This document shows positions 19,640 through 27,906 of a DNA stretch of 64,000 bases, one piece after another. The translations under genes and the position numbers were made by a program. The notes under the pieces are model-generated. The model saw nothing but the letters and a program-made list of their open reading frames with translations. It was not told the origin of the DNA and did no database searches. Position 1 is the first letter of the stretch, and each line of letters opens with the position of its first letter. Origin of the DNA: Candidatus Omnitrophota bacterium (lineage in GTDB: Bacteria > Omnitrophota > Gorgyraeia > JABMRG01 > JAFGKX01); NCBI GenBank assembly GCA_043797125.1, contig JAZDPX010000038.1, forward strand, positions 4,071-68,070, read 5' to 3'.

Positions 19640-20065
19640 TTAGATCTCGGTCCACTTAACGGTGAGAAAGCCATATTTTAGACAGGTCATTTTTACTTCT
19701 TTTGCCACACGCTCAAGTTCTTGGTCTGTGAGGTTACCGGCCTTTTCAGTATCGTATGTAATTATTCTTAAGTTAACTGATTCTGTTTCAGGCAGGTACA
19801 TAGACATATTTTTATAATATTCCTGCATAAGCGAGGAATTTACAAGGCATACATCAGGCCCAAACAAGAGGCCTTTCCTGTGTATCTGTTCTGCTGTATC
19901 AGCGCGTTCAATTTGATAGTATTCACCATAAACAGAAAGCGAGGTAAAATGCGTTTTTAGAAAATGATAAATAACCTCATTCGGCTCCGCGATAAGGAGT
20001 TTTGCCCTTATCAGCAGGATAGTTCCCTTTATGGTTTGCCTGTTTCTCCAGTCTTTTGCATCCAT
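19640..20065 (-). CDS. Stand-alone paralog of the response-regulator C-terminal domain (unknown function).
   Basis: 141 aa. Its C-terminus ELERVAKEVKMTCLKYGFLTVKWTEI aligns with the C-terminus of the adjacent RR (ELERVAKLVHQTCMKLKLIDLKWTDV). Confidence 0.55.
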   Translation of the reverse strand: MDAKDWRNRQTIKGTILLIRAKLLIAEPNEVIYHFLKTHFTSLSVYGEYYQIERADTAEQIHRKGLLFGPDVCLVNSSLMQEYYKNMSMYLPETESVNLRIITYDTEKAGNLTDQELERVAKEVKMTCLKYGFLTVKWTEI

Positions 20066-20093
20066 ATCTATAATCAGCCTCTTTCACGAACAA

Positions 20094-20909
20094 TTATATA
20101 ATTTCATACCTTACGTCTGTCCACTTAAGGTCGATAAGCTTGAGTTTCATGCATGTCTGGTGAACCAGCTTAGCGACCCTTTCAAGTTCTATTTTTGTAA
20201 TATCTCCTTCCTTGTCTGTTTGATAAATTATCAGTTCAGGCTTAGGATTGCTTTTCTCAAGGATCGCGGAAATTACACTCTTGTTGCCGTTTATCTTGAA
20301 GGAGGAGTTAATTAAATAAATATCGGGCTTAAATACTATTGCCTTCTCAAAAAGCCGTTCTTCTGTTTGGGCGTGGGCTGTTTGGTAATCTTCGCTGTTT
20401 GCGCTTAGCGATATAAAATGCGACTTCAAAAGCTCGTAGCTCTCGGTATTAAGCTCTACAAAAAGCAGCTTCGCCTTAATGGTAACTACCCGCGCCCTTG
20501 TCTTCTGTGTCGGCTTTAAGGAATTGCCTATGTCTTCTTCTTTAGTAAGTATGGCGCTCAAGCGGCTATAAAGTTTCTTCATTTCAATTGGTTTTATTAA
20601 AATATCTTCTAACGTATTATCCTCCGCGACCTTCCATGCTGTGTCAGGAAAACCTGTGAGCATTACAAATTTTGTTTTTGGATATTTTTCCTTTGCAATC
20701 TGGGCAAGCCTTCTGCCGCTTATGCCTGGCATATTAAAATCCAGCAAAACCAAATCTGCGCCGTTTCTATCCAAGCTTTTCAACGCTTCCTCGCCGCTTG
20801 ATGCAGTAGTAACATCAAAGCCCTTTTTAACAAGGAAAGCCTTCAATAGATATACTATATCGGGCTCGTCATCCACAACAAGGATTTTTGATTTTTGCGT
20901 GTCTTGCAT
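20094..20909 (-). CDS. Response regulator (REC domain) with an uncharacterised C-terminal output domain.
   Basis: ILVVDDEPDIV...DLVLLDFNMPGISG...KFVMLTGF is a CheY-like receiver. The C-terminal approx. 130 aa form an unknown domain that is paralogous to ORF 19640..20065. Confidence 0.75.
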   Translation of the reverse strand: MQDTQKSKILVVDDEPDIVYLLKAFLVKKGFDVTTASSGEEALKSLDRNGADLVLLDFNMPGISGRRLAQIAKEKYPKTKFVMLTGFPDTAWKVAEDNTLEDILIKPIEMKKLYSRLSAILTKEEDIGNSLKPTQKTRARVVTIKAKLLFVELNTESYELLKSHFISLSANSEDYQTAHAQTEERLFEKAIVFKPDIYLINSSFKINGNKSVISAILEKSNPKPELIIYQTDKEGDITKIELERVAKLVHQTCMKLKLIDLKWTDVRYEII

Positions 20910-20985
20910 TTTTTTATTCTATACCTATCTACCTCTACTTTAAATATACACACTAAATATAAAAAAGTAAATACAAACAAGCTTT

Positions 20986-21291
20986 TTAGTTTCTTAACCC
21001 TTTTGGCCCAGGGACCTGCCTGGCTATTCTGCTTACCTGGTCTATATCATTTTTTATTGCCGGGGCTACAACGAAATACATCTTGTGTTGTTTTATGTTT
21101 TTCTCGATAATTACACCTATCTTGGTGAGGTTACCTTCGGCTCTGGCTAATTTAGCGCTGAGGTTATTTTTTGTAGTAACGAAAAAAAACGTAACCAAGG
21201 CAAAAATTATCGCTATTGCCAGCATTAAATAATCCTTTAGAGTTAACTTTCCATCATCAAACATATCCCCTCCCTTGTTAAAATTTTTCAA
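20986..21291 (-). CDS. Hypothetical single-pass membrane protein.
   Basis: 101 aa with one transmembrane segment (LMLAIAIIFALVTFFFV) followed by a soluble domain. Confidence 0.4.
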   Translation of the reverse strand: MKNFNKGGDMFDDGKLTLKDYLMLAIAIIFALVTFFFVTTKNNLSAKLARAEGNLTKIGVIIEKNIKQHKMYFVVAPAIKNDIDQVSRIARQVPGPKGLRN

Positions 21292-21294
21292 AGA

Positions 21295-21675
21295 TTACCA
21301 TTTAATCGCATCTTTTATATTGTTGGCAGCGGCCTCAGCGTTTTTTGCAGCAGCCTGAGCTTCTCTTGATGCCTGCTCCGCTTTAATAGCCGCCATTTCA
21401 GCATCCTGCGCTAAAGACATCGCCTTTTCCGCATAATCTTTCGCCTCTTCAATAGTAACCGCATAATACGCCTTTCTGGCAAAAATAAACGAATTATTTG
21501 CGGCTGTGCTGGCGGTAATTGCGTTATCAGTAGCGCTTTCAGCAGACAAAGACGCAACGCCGGCAAAATCAGCTGCGGAAGCAGCGTAATTTACCGCGTC
21601 ATCAGTGCTTGCGTAAGAAAAGGCGACTGCATTTATGAATAAAAACAATACTAAAAACACTATGAGTGTTTTCAT
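21295..21675 (-). CDS. Secreted Ala-rich hypothetical protein.
   Basis: 126 aa with a signal peptide (MKTLIVFLVLFLFINAVAFSYA). It has an RBS (aggagga) and follows a small hairpin. Confidence 0.5.
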   Translation of the reverse strand: MKTLIVFLVLFLFINAVAFSYASTDDAVNYAASAADFAGVASLSAESATDNAITASTAANNSFIFARKAYYAVTIEEAKDYAEKAMSLAQDAEMAAIKAEQASREAQAAAKNAEAAANNIKDAIKW

Positions 21676-21708
21676 ATATCCTCCTAATATGCAATAGCTA
21701 AAAAGCTA

Positions 21709-21876
21709 TTACTTATTAAAAATTTTAAGCCATATGAATACTGCCGGGGGGCAATATAAAACAAGCAAAGCCGACATAGCCAAAAGTGGCGTCTGTTTAG
21801 TAATCAGAAATCCATATACGCCCAGCAATAAAGTGGCGCTCAATGTAAAAGCGGAATACCAGGCTAAAATTTTCAT
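21709..21876 (-). CDS. Unannotated 55-aa two-TM micro-protein, translationally coupled to the pilin gene.
   Basis: Minus strand reads aggaggaaTGATGaaaatt. The ATG overlaps the pilin TGA stop, and the RBS AGGAGGA lies inside the pilin 3' end. It encodes MKILAWYSAFTLSATLLLGVYGFLITKQTPLLAMSALLVLYCPPAVFIWLKIFNK*. It falls below the ORF-track size cut-off. Confidence 0.4.
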   Translation of the reverse strand: MKILAWYSAFTLSATLLLGVYGFLITKQTPLLAMSALLVLYCPPAVFIWLKIFNK

Positions 21877-22301
21877 CATTCCTCCTGTTCTTCTTCTGTT
21901 ATTATGCCTGTCTGGTCAATAATAAAAGTTTTTGTCCCTGTAATATTTTGCATTTGCGGTTCAGCTATGCAAGTAAAAGCAAAATTACCGTTAGTTGGCT
22001 CATATGTAAAGGCATAACCGTCTTTTGTGCCTGCTGCCAATTCTTCGCTTATATACGGCGGGGTTTCAGATCCAAGCTGTTCCAGCGAATCAGGGTAAAT
22101 GTTGTGTTCGCCAAAATAACTTGAGCAAGCGCTGCAGATAGCCTGCAAAGATTTATGCGCGGCAGATTCATTGGCATTATGTTTAGCTCTCAGCATCATA
22201 GGTATGGCAATTGCTGCCAGAATGCTGACAATGGCAACAACCACAACAATTTCAACAAGCGTAAAACCAATATAGCGGCGCTTTAGGCTTTTAAATTTCA
22301 T
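21876..22301 (-). CDS. Type IV pilin / T2SS pseudopilin (prepilin N-terminal methylation domain).
   Basis: MKFKSLKRRYIGFTLVEIVVVVAIVSILAAIAIP is a classic prepilin leader, with GFTLVE plus a hydrophobic helix. Confidence 0.85.
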   Translation of the reverse strand: MKFKSLKRRYIGFTLVEIVVVVAIVSILAAIAIPMMLRAKHNANESAAHKSLQAICSACSSYFGEHNIYPDSLEQLGSETPPYISEELAAGTKDGYAFTYEPTNGNFAFTCIAEPQMQNITGTKTFIIDQTGIITEEEQEE

Positions 22302-23252
22302 TTAGTCTAAATCCCCTCCTAGCAAGCTCTCGTAAAATTCTCTGTAATTCTCTTTCTTATGAGTCTTGCGCAATGCCATGGCAGCTCTGGGATGTTCATT
22401 AAGCATACCTGCTATAGCGTATGGTATTATATAACCCCATTCCATTTTCTCTCTTAGCGGAATAAACTCTTTAGAGATAACGTCTAATATCGGCCTTATG
22501 TCAAACTTGGGATTTTTTAAGAAGCCTATCAAAAGTTCCAATGGGCAATTACCTGCTGCCCTGCCTAAGCCGTAAATTGTGCTGTCTACAAAGTTGGCAT
22601 CATGTATTATCGCTTCTATAGTATTGCAAAACGCCAGCTGCTGATTATTATGGGCGTGCATACCAACTTCTTTGGTTTTAAGGATACTTTTAGCTTTTTT
22701 TATAAGAATTTCTGTTGTTTCCTGATATAGAGAACCAAAACTATCAACTATATAAATCACATCAGCCTTACATTCTTCCTCGAGCTGGTGCAACGCCTCG
22801 GTTAACTCATTATCCAGAGCCTTTGTTATAGCCATAATATTTACTGTTGTCTCATAACCCTTATCCGCAAAATGGTTTACCAGAAATATTGCTTTATCAA
22901 TATCCTTAACATACGCAGCAACCCTCATCATGGCTACAGGGCTTTCCGCTCGCGGGGGTATATCTTCAATGTCCACGCGGTCGACATCAACCATTATAGA
23001 TATTTTTGTATCGGATTCTATGCCGTCGATTACTCTTTTAATATCATCGTCATCGCAAAATTTCCATTTACCGAACTCCTTGGTTGAAAAAAGCCTCTTA
23101 GAGTTTTTATACCCTATTTCCATATAATCCACGCCTGCCTGCGATACAGCCTTGTAAACTTCCTTTACAAACCTTTCGTCAAAATCATGGTCATTTATAA
23201 GCCCGCCGTCGCGTATGGTGCAGTCCATAACCTTTATTTTTTCTCTGAACAT
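22302..23252 (-). CDS. DRE-TIM metallolyase (HMGL-like / 4-hydroxy-2-oxovalerate aldolase-like) family protein.
   Basis: The N-terminus is KVMDCTIRDGGLINDHDFDE, a TxRDG motif. VGMHAHNNQQLAFCNT is the HxH metal motif. The protein is 316 aa. Confidence 0.65.
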   Translation of the reverse strand: MFREKIKVMDCTIRDGGLINDHDFDERFVKEVYKAVSQAGVDYMEIGYKNSKRLFSTKEFGKWKFCDDDDIKRVIDGIESDTKISIMVDVDRVDIEDIPPRAESPVAMMRVAAYVKDIDKAIFLVNHFADKGYETTVNIMAITKALDNELTEALHQLEEECKADVIYIVDSFGSLYQETTEILIKKAKSILKTKEVGMHAHNNQQLAFCNTIEAIIHDANFVDSTIYGLGRAAGNCPLELLIGFLKNPKFDIRPILDVISKEFIPLREKMEWGYIIPYAIAGMLNEHPRAAMALRKTHKKENYREFYESLLGGDLD

Positions 23253-23261
23253 CGCTTCCTC

Positions 23262-23302
23262 CCTGCCTACCGGTAGGCAGGCCTGCCTGCCGATAGACAG
23301 GC
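23262..23302. promoter_or_regulatory. Perfect 20-bp palindrome (cctgcctaccggtaggcagg) plus a degenerate half-copy in a divergent promoter region.
   Basis: It lies between the divergently transcribed DRE-TIM gene and the K+ channel gene. A TATAAT hexamer follows at 23310..23315 on the plus strand. Confidence 0.35.
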
Positions 23303-23354
23303 TTCTTAGTATAATACTGCGAATAACACGTTAAATCAAGACAAAAAATTTTTA

Positions 23355-24167
23355 TTGCAAAAATCCGCTAAAAGGGGTAAAATCCTACTTATGAAAACTG
23401 ACGCTGCACAATTGGAAAAAGAGGCGCACCTCTGTTTAACTGAAAACAATCACGAACAGGCGTTTAAGTTATTCAAAAATGCCGCCTTGATTCACAAGCA
23501 AAACAATAACCACAAGCATTCTGCGTTGTGTTATGCATCTGCTGCAAGCTGCTGGAGCAAAAAATCTGAGGAAAAGACATTCTTTAATGCCGCCTCTGCC
23601 TATGAAATGGCTGCGTACGAGGCAAACCTGTCTGAGGATTTTGAGTATGCCTCCATGCTTTATAAATACGCGGCAATCAATTACGAAAGAGACGGCGAAT
23701 ATTACTATTATTCAGATTGCTTTTATCAATCCAAGGAAAGTTATAGAAATTTCCTAACCTACAGATTCCTTATGCCCGACAAAATTCATCCTATCGCCGA
23801 ACCAGATGGCCATTCTGGCATAAAAGGGTTTGTTAGGCTTTTCTTTACTTGGGCTGCACTTACCTTTTCCTACTTAATCTGGGGCCACGGCGAAAGGCCG
23901 CTAAGGACTTTTTTCACATCGCTTTTTATTATTTTTGCATCGGCGTTTTTTTATATGTCCTCAAACCTTTTTGCCGGCGGCGTTGTTTTCATGCCGAGGT
24001 TTTTTCAGGCCCTTTATTTCAGCGTGGTAACATTTACAACGGTTGGCTACGGAGATATCGTACCGGTGGGAATCAGCAAGGCCGTTGTAATGATTGAGGT
24101 TTTTTCAGGGTTGTTTGTCATGCCGCTTTTTGTTGTCGGGCTTACCAGAAAATACCTAAGATTGTAG
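23355..24167 (+). CDS. Potassium channel (2-TM pore domain, TVGYGD filter) with a TPR-like cytoplasmic N-terminal domain.
   Basis: FTTVGYGDIVPVG is the K+ selectivity filter, flanked by hydrophobic helices. The true start may be MKTDAAQ at 23391, which is preceded by aaagggg. Confidence 0.8.
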   Translation: MQKSAKRGKILLMKTDAAQLEKEAHLCLTENNHEQAFKLFKNAALIHKQNNNHKHSALCYASAASCWSKKSEEKTFFNAASAYEMAAYEANLSEDFEYASMLYKYAAINYERDGEYYYYSDCFYQSKESYRNFLTYRFLMPDKIHPIAEPDGHSGIKGFVRLFFTWAALTFSYLIWGHGERPLRTFFTSLFIIFASAFFYMSSNLFAGGVVFMPRFFQALYFSVVTFTTVGYGDIVPVGISKAVVMIEVFSGLFVMPLFVVGLTRKYLRL

Positions 24168-24193
24168 TAATTATGCGTAACGGTTCAGATCAG

Positions 24194-24225
24194 ACGTAGC
24201 GCAGGCTTAAGCCTGCGCTACGTCC
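24194..24225. repeat. REP-like perfect palindrome (gacgtagcgcaggcttaagcctgcgctacgtc), acting as a bidirectional terminator between convergent genes.
   Basis: The identical 30-32 bp palindrome also occurs at 27851..27880 and 36585..36614. A compensatory variant occurs at 56353..56384. Confidence 0.7.
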
Positions 24226-24234
24226 GGAGACTTT

Positions 24235-25239
24235 CTATTCAGCCTTCCTTGTCCGAGTCATTAAATCGGTTACAGCTTCTAAAGGATTTTTATCCTTAAA
24301 AAGTATATTATACACCTGCTCTGTTATTGGCATCTGGGTATTAAATTTTTTAGCAAGATCTAACGCTGATTCAGTTGTGTAAACGCCCTCAGCTATCTGG
24401 TCCATTTTCTGGACAATCTCAGTGAGTTTAGCTCCCTTTGCTATTTCCTCACCTACATGGCGGTTACGGCTGTACGGGCTTATGCAGGTTGTCATCAAAT
24501 CACCTATGCCGCTTAAACCGTTGAATGTCTCTTCCTTTGCCCCCATTATCACGCCGAGGCGCTTGATTTCAACCAGCCCTCTTGTAAAAAGCGCGGCCTT
24601 TGCATTTGTGCCAAAACCCAAACCATCTGATATGCCGGCTGCTATGGCAATTATATTTTTAAGGCTCCCCCCTAGTTCGACGCCAAGAGTATCTGTGCTT
24701 GTATAAAGCCTGAAGCGCTGCGTCATAAAGACTTCCTGCGCTTCCTCGGCAACCTTGATGTCTTCAGATGCAATAACAGCAGATGTCGGTACTTCCTTAG
24801 CCACCTCTAAGGCAATAGTAGGGCCGGACAACACGCAAAGCTTGTCATGCGCAAGTTCTTCTTTTAAAATCTGCGATACTGTTTTTAAAGTTTTTTGCTC
24901 TATACCCTTGACCACGCTCAGCAAAATCAAACCTGACAAATCCACGCCTCTTAAATGGGCGGCTATTGTCTTTCTGACAAATTGCGAGGGAATAGCGATC
25001 ACTATGATCCTCGCATTATTTGTAGCCTGTTTAATATTATCTGTTATGTCTATCGAGGCAGGAATTTTAAACTGAGGCAGGAATTTCACATTCTCCCTCA
25101 TCTTGCTAAGAAAGCGAATGTATTCAGGAAACGCGCCCCATAACGAAACCGCATGGCCCTTCTTGGCCAGTAATATAGCCAGGGTCGTGCCCCAGCTTCC
25201 ATCCCCCATAACAGCGATTTTTGTCATTTTTGCATTCAT
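24235..25239 (-). CDS. gpsA: NAD(P)H-dependent glycerol-3-phosphate dehydrogenase.
   Basis: MTKIAVMGDGSWGTTLAILLAKKGH is the Rossmann N-terminus. The track ORF extends to 25281, but a sigma70-like promoter places the TSS near 25242. The start is therefore likely the ATG at 25239 or 25227. Confidence 0.85.
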   Translation of the reverse strand: MNAKMTKIAVMGDGSWGTTLAILLAKKGHAVSLWGAFPEYIRFLSKMRENVKFLPQFKIPASIDITDNIKQATNNARIIVIAIPSQFVRKTIAAHLRGVDLSGLILLSVVKGIEQKTLKTVSQILKEELAHDKLCVLSGPTIALEVAKEVPTSAVIASEDIKVAEEAQEVFMTQRFRLYTSTDTLGVELGGSLKNIIAIAAGISDGLGFGTNAKAALFTRGLVEIKRLGVIMGAKEETFNGLSGIGDLMTTCISPYSRNRHVGEEIAKGAKLTEIVQKMDQIAEGVYTTESALDLAKKFNTQMPITEQVYNILFKDKNPLEAVTDLMTRTRKAE

Positions 25240-25248
25240 AGTTTCTTT

Positions 25249-25277
25249 AGTATAACAAATCTGTGCTATATAATCAA
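25249..25277 (-). promoter_or_regulatory. Candidate sigma70 promoter of gpsA (TTGATT-17-TATACT), possibly giving a leaderless or short-leader mRNA.
   Basis: On the minus strand the -35 TTGATT corresponds to plus 25272..25277 and the -10 TATACT to plus 25249..25254, with a 17-nt spacer. Confidence 0.35.
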
Positions 25278-25305
25278 ACACATTTTAACGAGCTTAAAAG
25301 CTTAA

Positions 25306-25640
25306 GGTTCTGTTTTTGCAATGCTCAGCACTGTCTTGTTTAAGGCCTGTGGCAATTCTCGCAGGGACGCACAAAAATCCCCAGCGTGGATTTTTGTGCT
25401 CTGACCTCGGCCTCGCTCTCACCTGTATGGAAACAAGGGCGAACCATGCCCGCTTCGGCCTCGCAAGCCCTGCTCGAATTGCCACAGGCCTTAAACATAT
25501 GCGCCTTGCATTGCACAAGAAGCCTTACTTATTAACAGTGTTCGCTTGAAGGCTTAAGGCATTACAATACAGAAAGGCCTCAGTTTAACCGAGGCCTTTC
25601 TGGGGGATTAGGGGTTTCCTACTTTTTCTTGGGGTTACTC
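25306..25640. ncRNA. GC-rich, highly structured non-coding element (candidate sRNA, 6S-like RNA or MITE), strand undetermined.
   Basis: Closing stems are ttgcaatgc/gcattgcaa and aaggcctgtggcaattc/gaattgccacaggcctt (17 bp perfect), extended through gcaggg/ccctgc. There is an internal 12-bp hairpin (gcacaaaaatcc...ggatttttgtgc) and a duplicated tcggcctcgc. A downstream hairpin at 25569..25599 (gaaaggcctc...gaggcctttc) has a T-rich tail. Only Arg-rich, mutually overlapping ORFs cover the region, which argues against coding. Confidence 0.4.
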
Positions 25641-25702
25641 TATATCTTCCTCCTTATTTTATCTTGTACTATATAAAACACAGAAAGAAGAAATTTATTC
25701 CG

Positions 25703-27118
25703 CTATTTTTTCAAAAATTCCTTTGCGCCTTGGGCATCTACGCTGTCAGGGTATTCCCTTAAAAGTTTTTCAAAGGCAAATACCGCTTGCGCCTGGTCCT
25801 TTAGGTCAGTATTATAGATCTCCGCTATGGCGCGCTGCGCAAGGCTTGAAAGCGCGTATTCGGGATATTCTTTTACAACGCGTTCAAACGTCGCAATAGC
25901 CTTTTTATAATTTCCCATATAATAATAGTACGAGCCTATAAACATAAGAAACTGCGGATTATATATCGAATTTGAATGGCCCTCGACTAACCTTTCCAAT
26001 CTTCTTATTGCTAGATTGTGCGTTTCTGTGTCATTGTTTTCTATGGCTTTAGTTATTAGATGCGTAATTGTCTCCAAATCGCGGGGTATTACCCTGGGTG
26101 CGGCATCGGATATGTATAATGGCGCGGGTTTAAGCAGTTCTTTAACCCTGCTTACCTTCAAGCTTACTAAAAGCACAACCTGCGGTTTTTCACCCAATTG
26201 ATACAATTCCTGCATAATGTCCCATTCAGCGTCTGATAAAAGTGTTGCCGCATCAGGCGCAGAGCCGGATAAAACTTTGGATTTCTGACCTGCATTAACA
26301 TATATATCCGCGCCGTTTGCATGAATCTTTACTGTTCCCTCTAATACTCCTAACCAAGTAGCTTTATCTACAGCTTCGCTGACATCTATTGCAAATGCGG
26401 TGCCCACTACCGATGCTTTACAGCTAGGGGTTGAAAGCATCATCTTTGAACCTTTAAAGTGCTTTCTTGTATTTACCATCAATTTCCCCTTTGCAACGCT
26501 GAATTCAGTAAAATGGTCTGCAGCCCTTAAATCAAGCTTTGCTATAACAATATCGGAAGAGCTTTTTATCCTTGCCGCATATTTATTTTGCGACAATATA
26601 TTTATTTCAGAATCCTGCGCTGTGAGTATTCTATCTGATTCTCTCAGCCGTATATTCGGCTTTGCGGCAATCCACTTATTAGAGGGCGCCTGACAGATCT
26701 TTGCCTGGCCCACAACATTTTGTATAAGGGGCAGACGTGTATATATATAATAATTATAGCTTCCTACAACTGTAACTGCCAACAATAGCAACGCAGCAAC
26801 CCTTGCAAGCACAGGGGCTCTCGGAATAAATACGTTGTTTATGCCCTGCAGCGTCTTTTCCAAAATACTGTTTAGCGATACCTTAAGTTTCTGCTCCAGT
26901 CTCCGGTTAAGCTTCTGATTAAATTCAAAATCAAAATGTTCGGATTCTTTTAGTTCGGACAGGCTGGACAAGGCCTTCTTAAGAAGCATAAGCTCGATAA
27001 GCGCATGCCTGCACTTATCGCATTGGCTGATATGCAGGTTGACTGCCTGCGTCTGTTTTAAGGTGCAGGCATTGTCCGCGTATCTTGATAAATCATGGAA
27101 ACTAATTTCGCATTTCAT
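25703..27118 (-). CDS. Anti-sigma factor (zinc-finger ZAS-like N-terminus, one TM, C-terminal TPR repeats).
   Basis: HISQCDKCRHAL is the H-x3-C-x2-C motif. The TM segment is VAALLLLAVTVVGSY. C-terminal TPR-like repeats are present. Its start abuts the stop of the ECF sigma gene. Confidence 0.7.
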   Translation of the reverse strand: MKCEISFHDLSRYADNACTLKQTQAVNLHISQCDKCRHALIELMLLKKALSSLSELKESEHFDFEFNQKLNRRLEQKLKVSLNSILEKTLQGINNVFIPRAPVLARVAALLLLAVTVVGSYNYYIYTRLPLIQNVVGQAKICQAPSNKWIAAKPNIRLRESDRILTAQDSEINILSQNKYAARIKSSSDIVIAKLDLRAADHFTEFSVAKGKLMVNTRKHFKGSKMMLSTPSCKASVVGTAFAIDVSEAVDKATWLGVLEGTVKIHANGADIYVNAGQKSKVLSGSAPDAATLLSDAEWDIMQELYQLGEKPQVVLLVSLKVSRVKELLKPAPLYISDAAPRVIPRDLETITHLITKAIENNDTETHNLAIRRLERLVEGHSNSIYNPQFLMFIGSYYYYMGNYKKAIATFERVVKEYPEYALSSLAQRAIAEIYNTDLKDQAQAVFAFEKLLREYPDSVDAQGAKEFLKK

Positions 27119-27119
27119 T

Positions 27120-27764
27120 TTATTTTACCTCTGGCTTCGTAAAACCTAAAACCTTTGCCAGCTTTTCCCTTGCCCTTGAAAGCCTGCTGCCGACCGTAGC
27201 CGGCGGGCAACCCAAAGCTTTAGCTGCATCTTCGTAAGACAGGCCTTGTATATCGCATAATACAATCACCTTTCTATGCTTTTGTTTCAATTTTTCAAGC
27301 CCCTGCTGTATCAATTTTTCCGCTTCATTCTTCAACGCTGCGTTATCAGGCCTTTTTGTATGATCCTCAAGCAGGTCATGGAGGGAGGCGCCCTCTTCTT
27401 CATCTATGCTTTTGTCAATGGAAACCTTTTGAACATAGCTTGTGTCTCTTAAATAGTTCTTTGCAAGGTTTCCTGCTATTGTATAAACCCACGATGAGAA
27501 TTTCGTCTTCTTTACATAACGGCCGATATTCGTGTAAACCCTTATAAACGTCTCCTGGGTCAATTCCTCAGCCTGATGAATATCTCCTATCAACCTGTAT
27601 ATATAATTAAGTATGGGCCGTTTGTATTTATTGTATAATATGTCAAATGCTGCCCGGTCGCCTTCTTTCGCCTTTTCTACCAGTTCATCGTCATACAAAG
27701 GCGGTTCCGGCTCATTTATGAGCCTTACAATGAATAGAACACAAAAAAGGTTTAAAAATTCCAT
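27120..27764 (-). CDS. ECF-type RNA polymerase sigma-70 factor.
   Basis: Region 2 reads LTQETFIRVYTNIGRY. Region 4 HTH reads LSYEDAAKALGCPPATVGSRLSRAREKL. The protein is 214 aa. Confidence 0.8.
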   Translation of the reverse strand: MEFLNLFCVLFIVRLINEPEPPLYDDELVEKAKEGDRAAFDILYNKYKRPILNYIYRLIGDIHQAEELTQETFIRVYTNIGRYVKKTKFSSWVYTIAGNLAKNYLRDTSYVQKVSIDKSIDEEEGASLHDLLEDHTKRPDNAALKNEAEKLIQQGLEKLKQKHRKVIVLCDIQGLSYEDAAKALGCPPATVGSRLSRAREKLAKVLGFTKPEVK

Positions 27765-27782
27765 GATTTTTGATTATACCAC

Positions 27783-27791
27783 AAAAAAGGC
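27783..27791 (-). promoter_or_regulatory. Extended -10 element (TGgTATAAT) upstream of the sigma factor gene.
   Basis: The minus strand reads ttttttgTGgTATAATcaaaaatcATG, about 19 nt upstream of the start codon. Confidence 0.35.
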
Positions 27792-27812
27792 GGCTGCTGC
27801 CATAAAAAAGCG

Positions 27813-27840
27813 GGGGATTAACCCCGCTTTAGCTTTTTGA
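27813..27840 (-). terminator. Intrinsic terminator (GC hairpin + T-run) after the 484-aa gene.
   Basis: The minus strand reads aaagcggggttaatcccccgcttttttat. It is preceded by the REP-like palindrome at 27851..27880. Confidence 0.6.
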
Positions 27841-27850
27841 AGGCCTCACA

Positions 27851-27880
27851 ACGTAGCGCAGGCTTAAGCCTGCGCTACGT
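27851..27880. repeat. REP-like palindrome copy (acgtagcgcaggcttaagcctgcgctacgt).
   Basis: Identical to the copies at 24194 and 36585. Confidence 0.7.
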
Positions 27881-27906
27881 CCGAGTTGTTACCTATTACC
27901 TGACTT

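Noticed and set aside
25306-25506. Confident assignment of the structured element as 6S RNA.
   Set aside because: The topology has branched internal hairpins and no clear single-stranded central bubble, so it does not match the canonical 6S layout. I left it as a generic candidate ncRNA.
25294-25549. Two mutually overlapping ORFs (74 aa minus, 77 aa plus) with Arg/Ala/Cys-rich translations.
   Set aside because: They cover a GC-rich palindromic RNA-like element. Their opposite-strand overlap and odd composition indicate non-coding structured DNA rather than genes.
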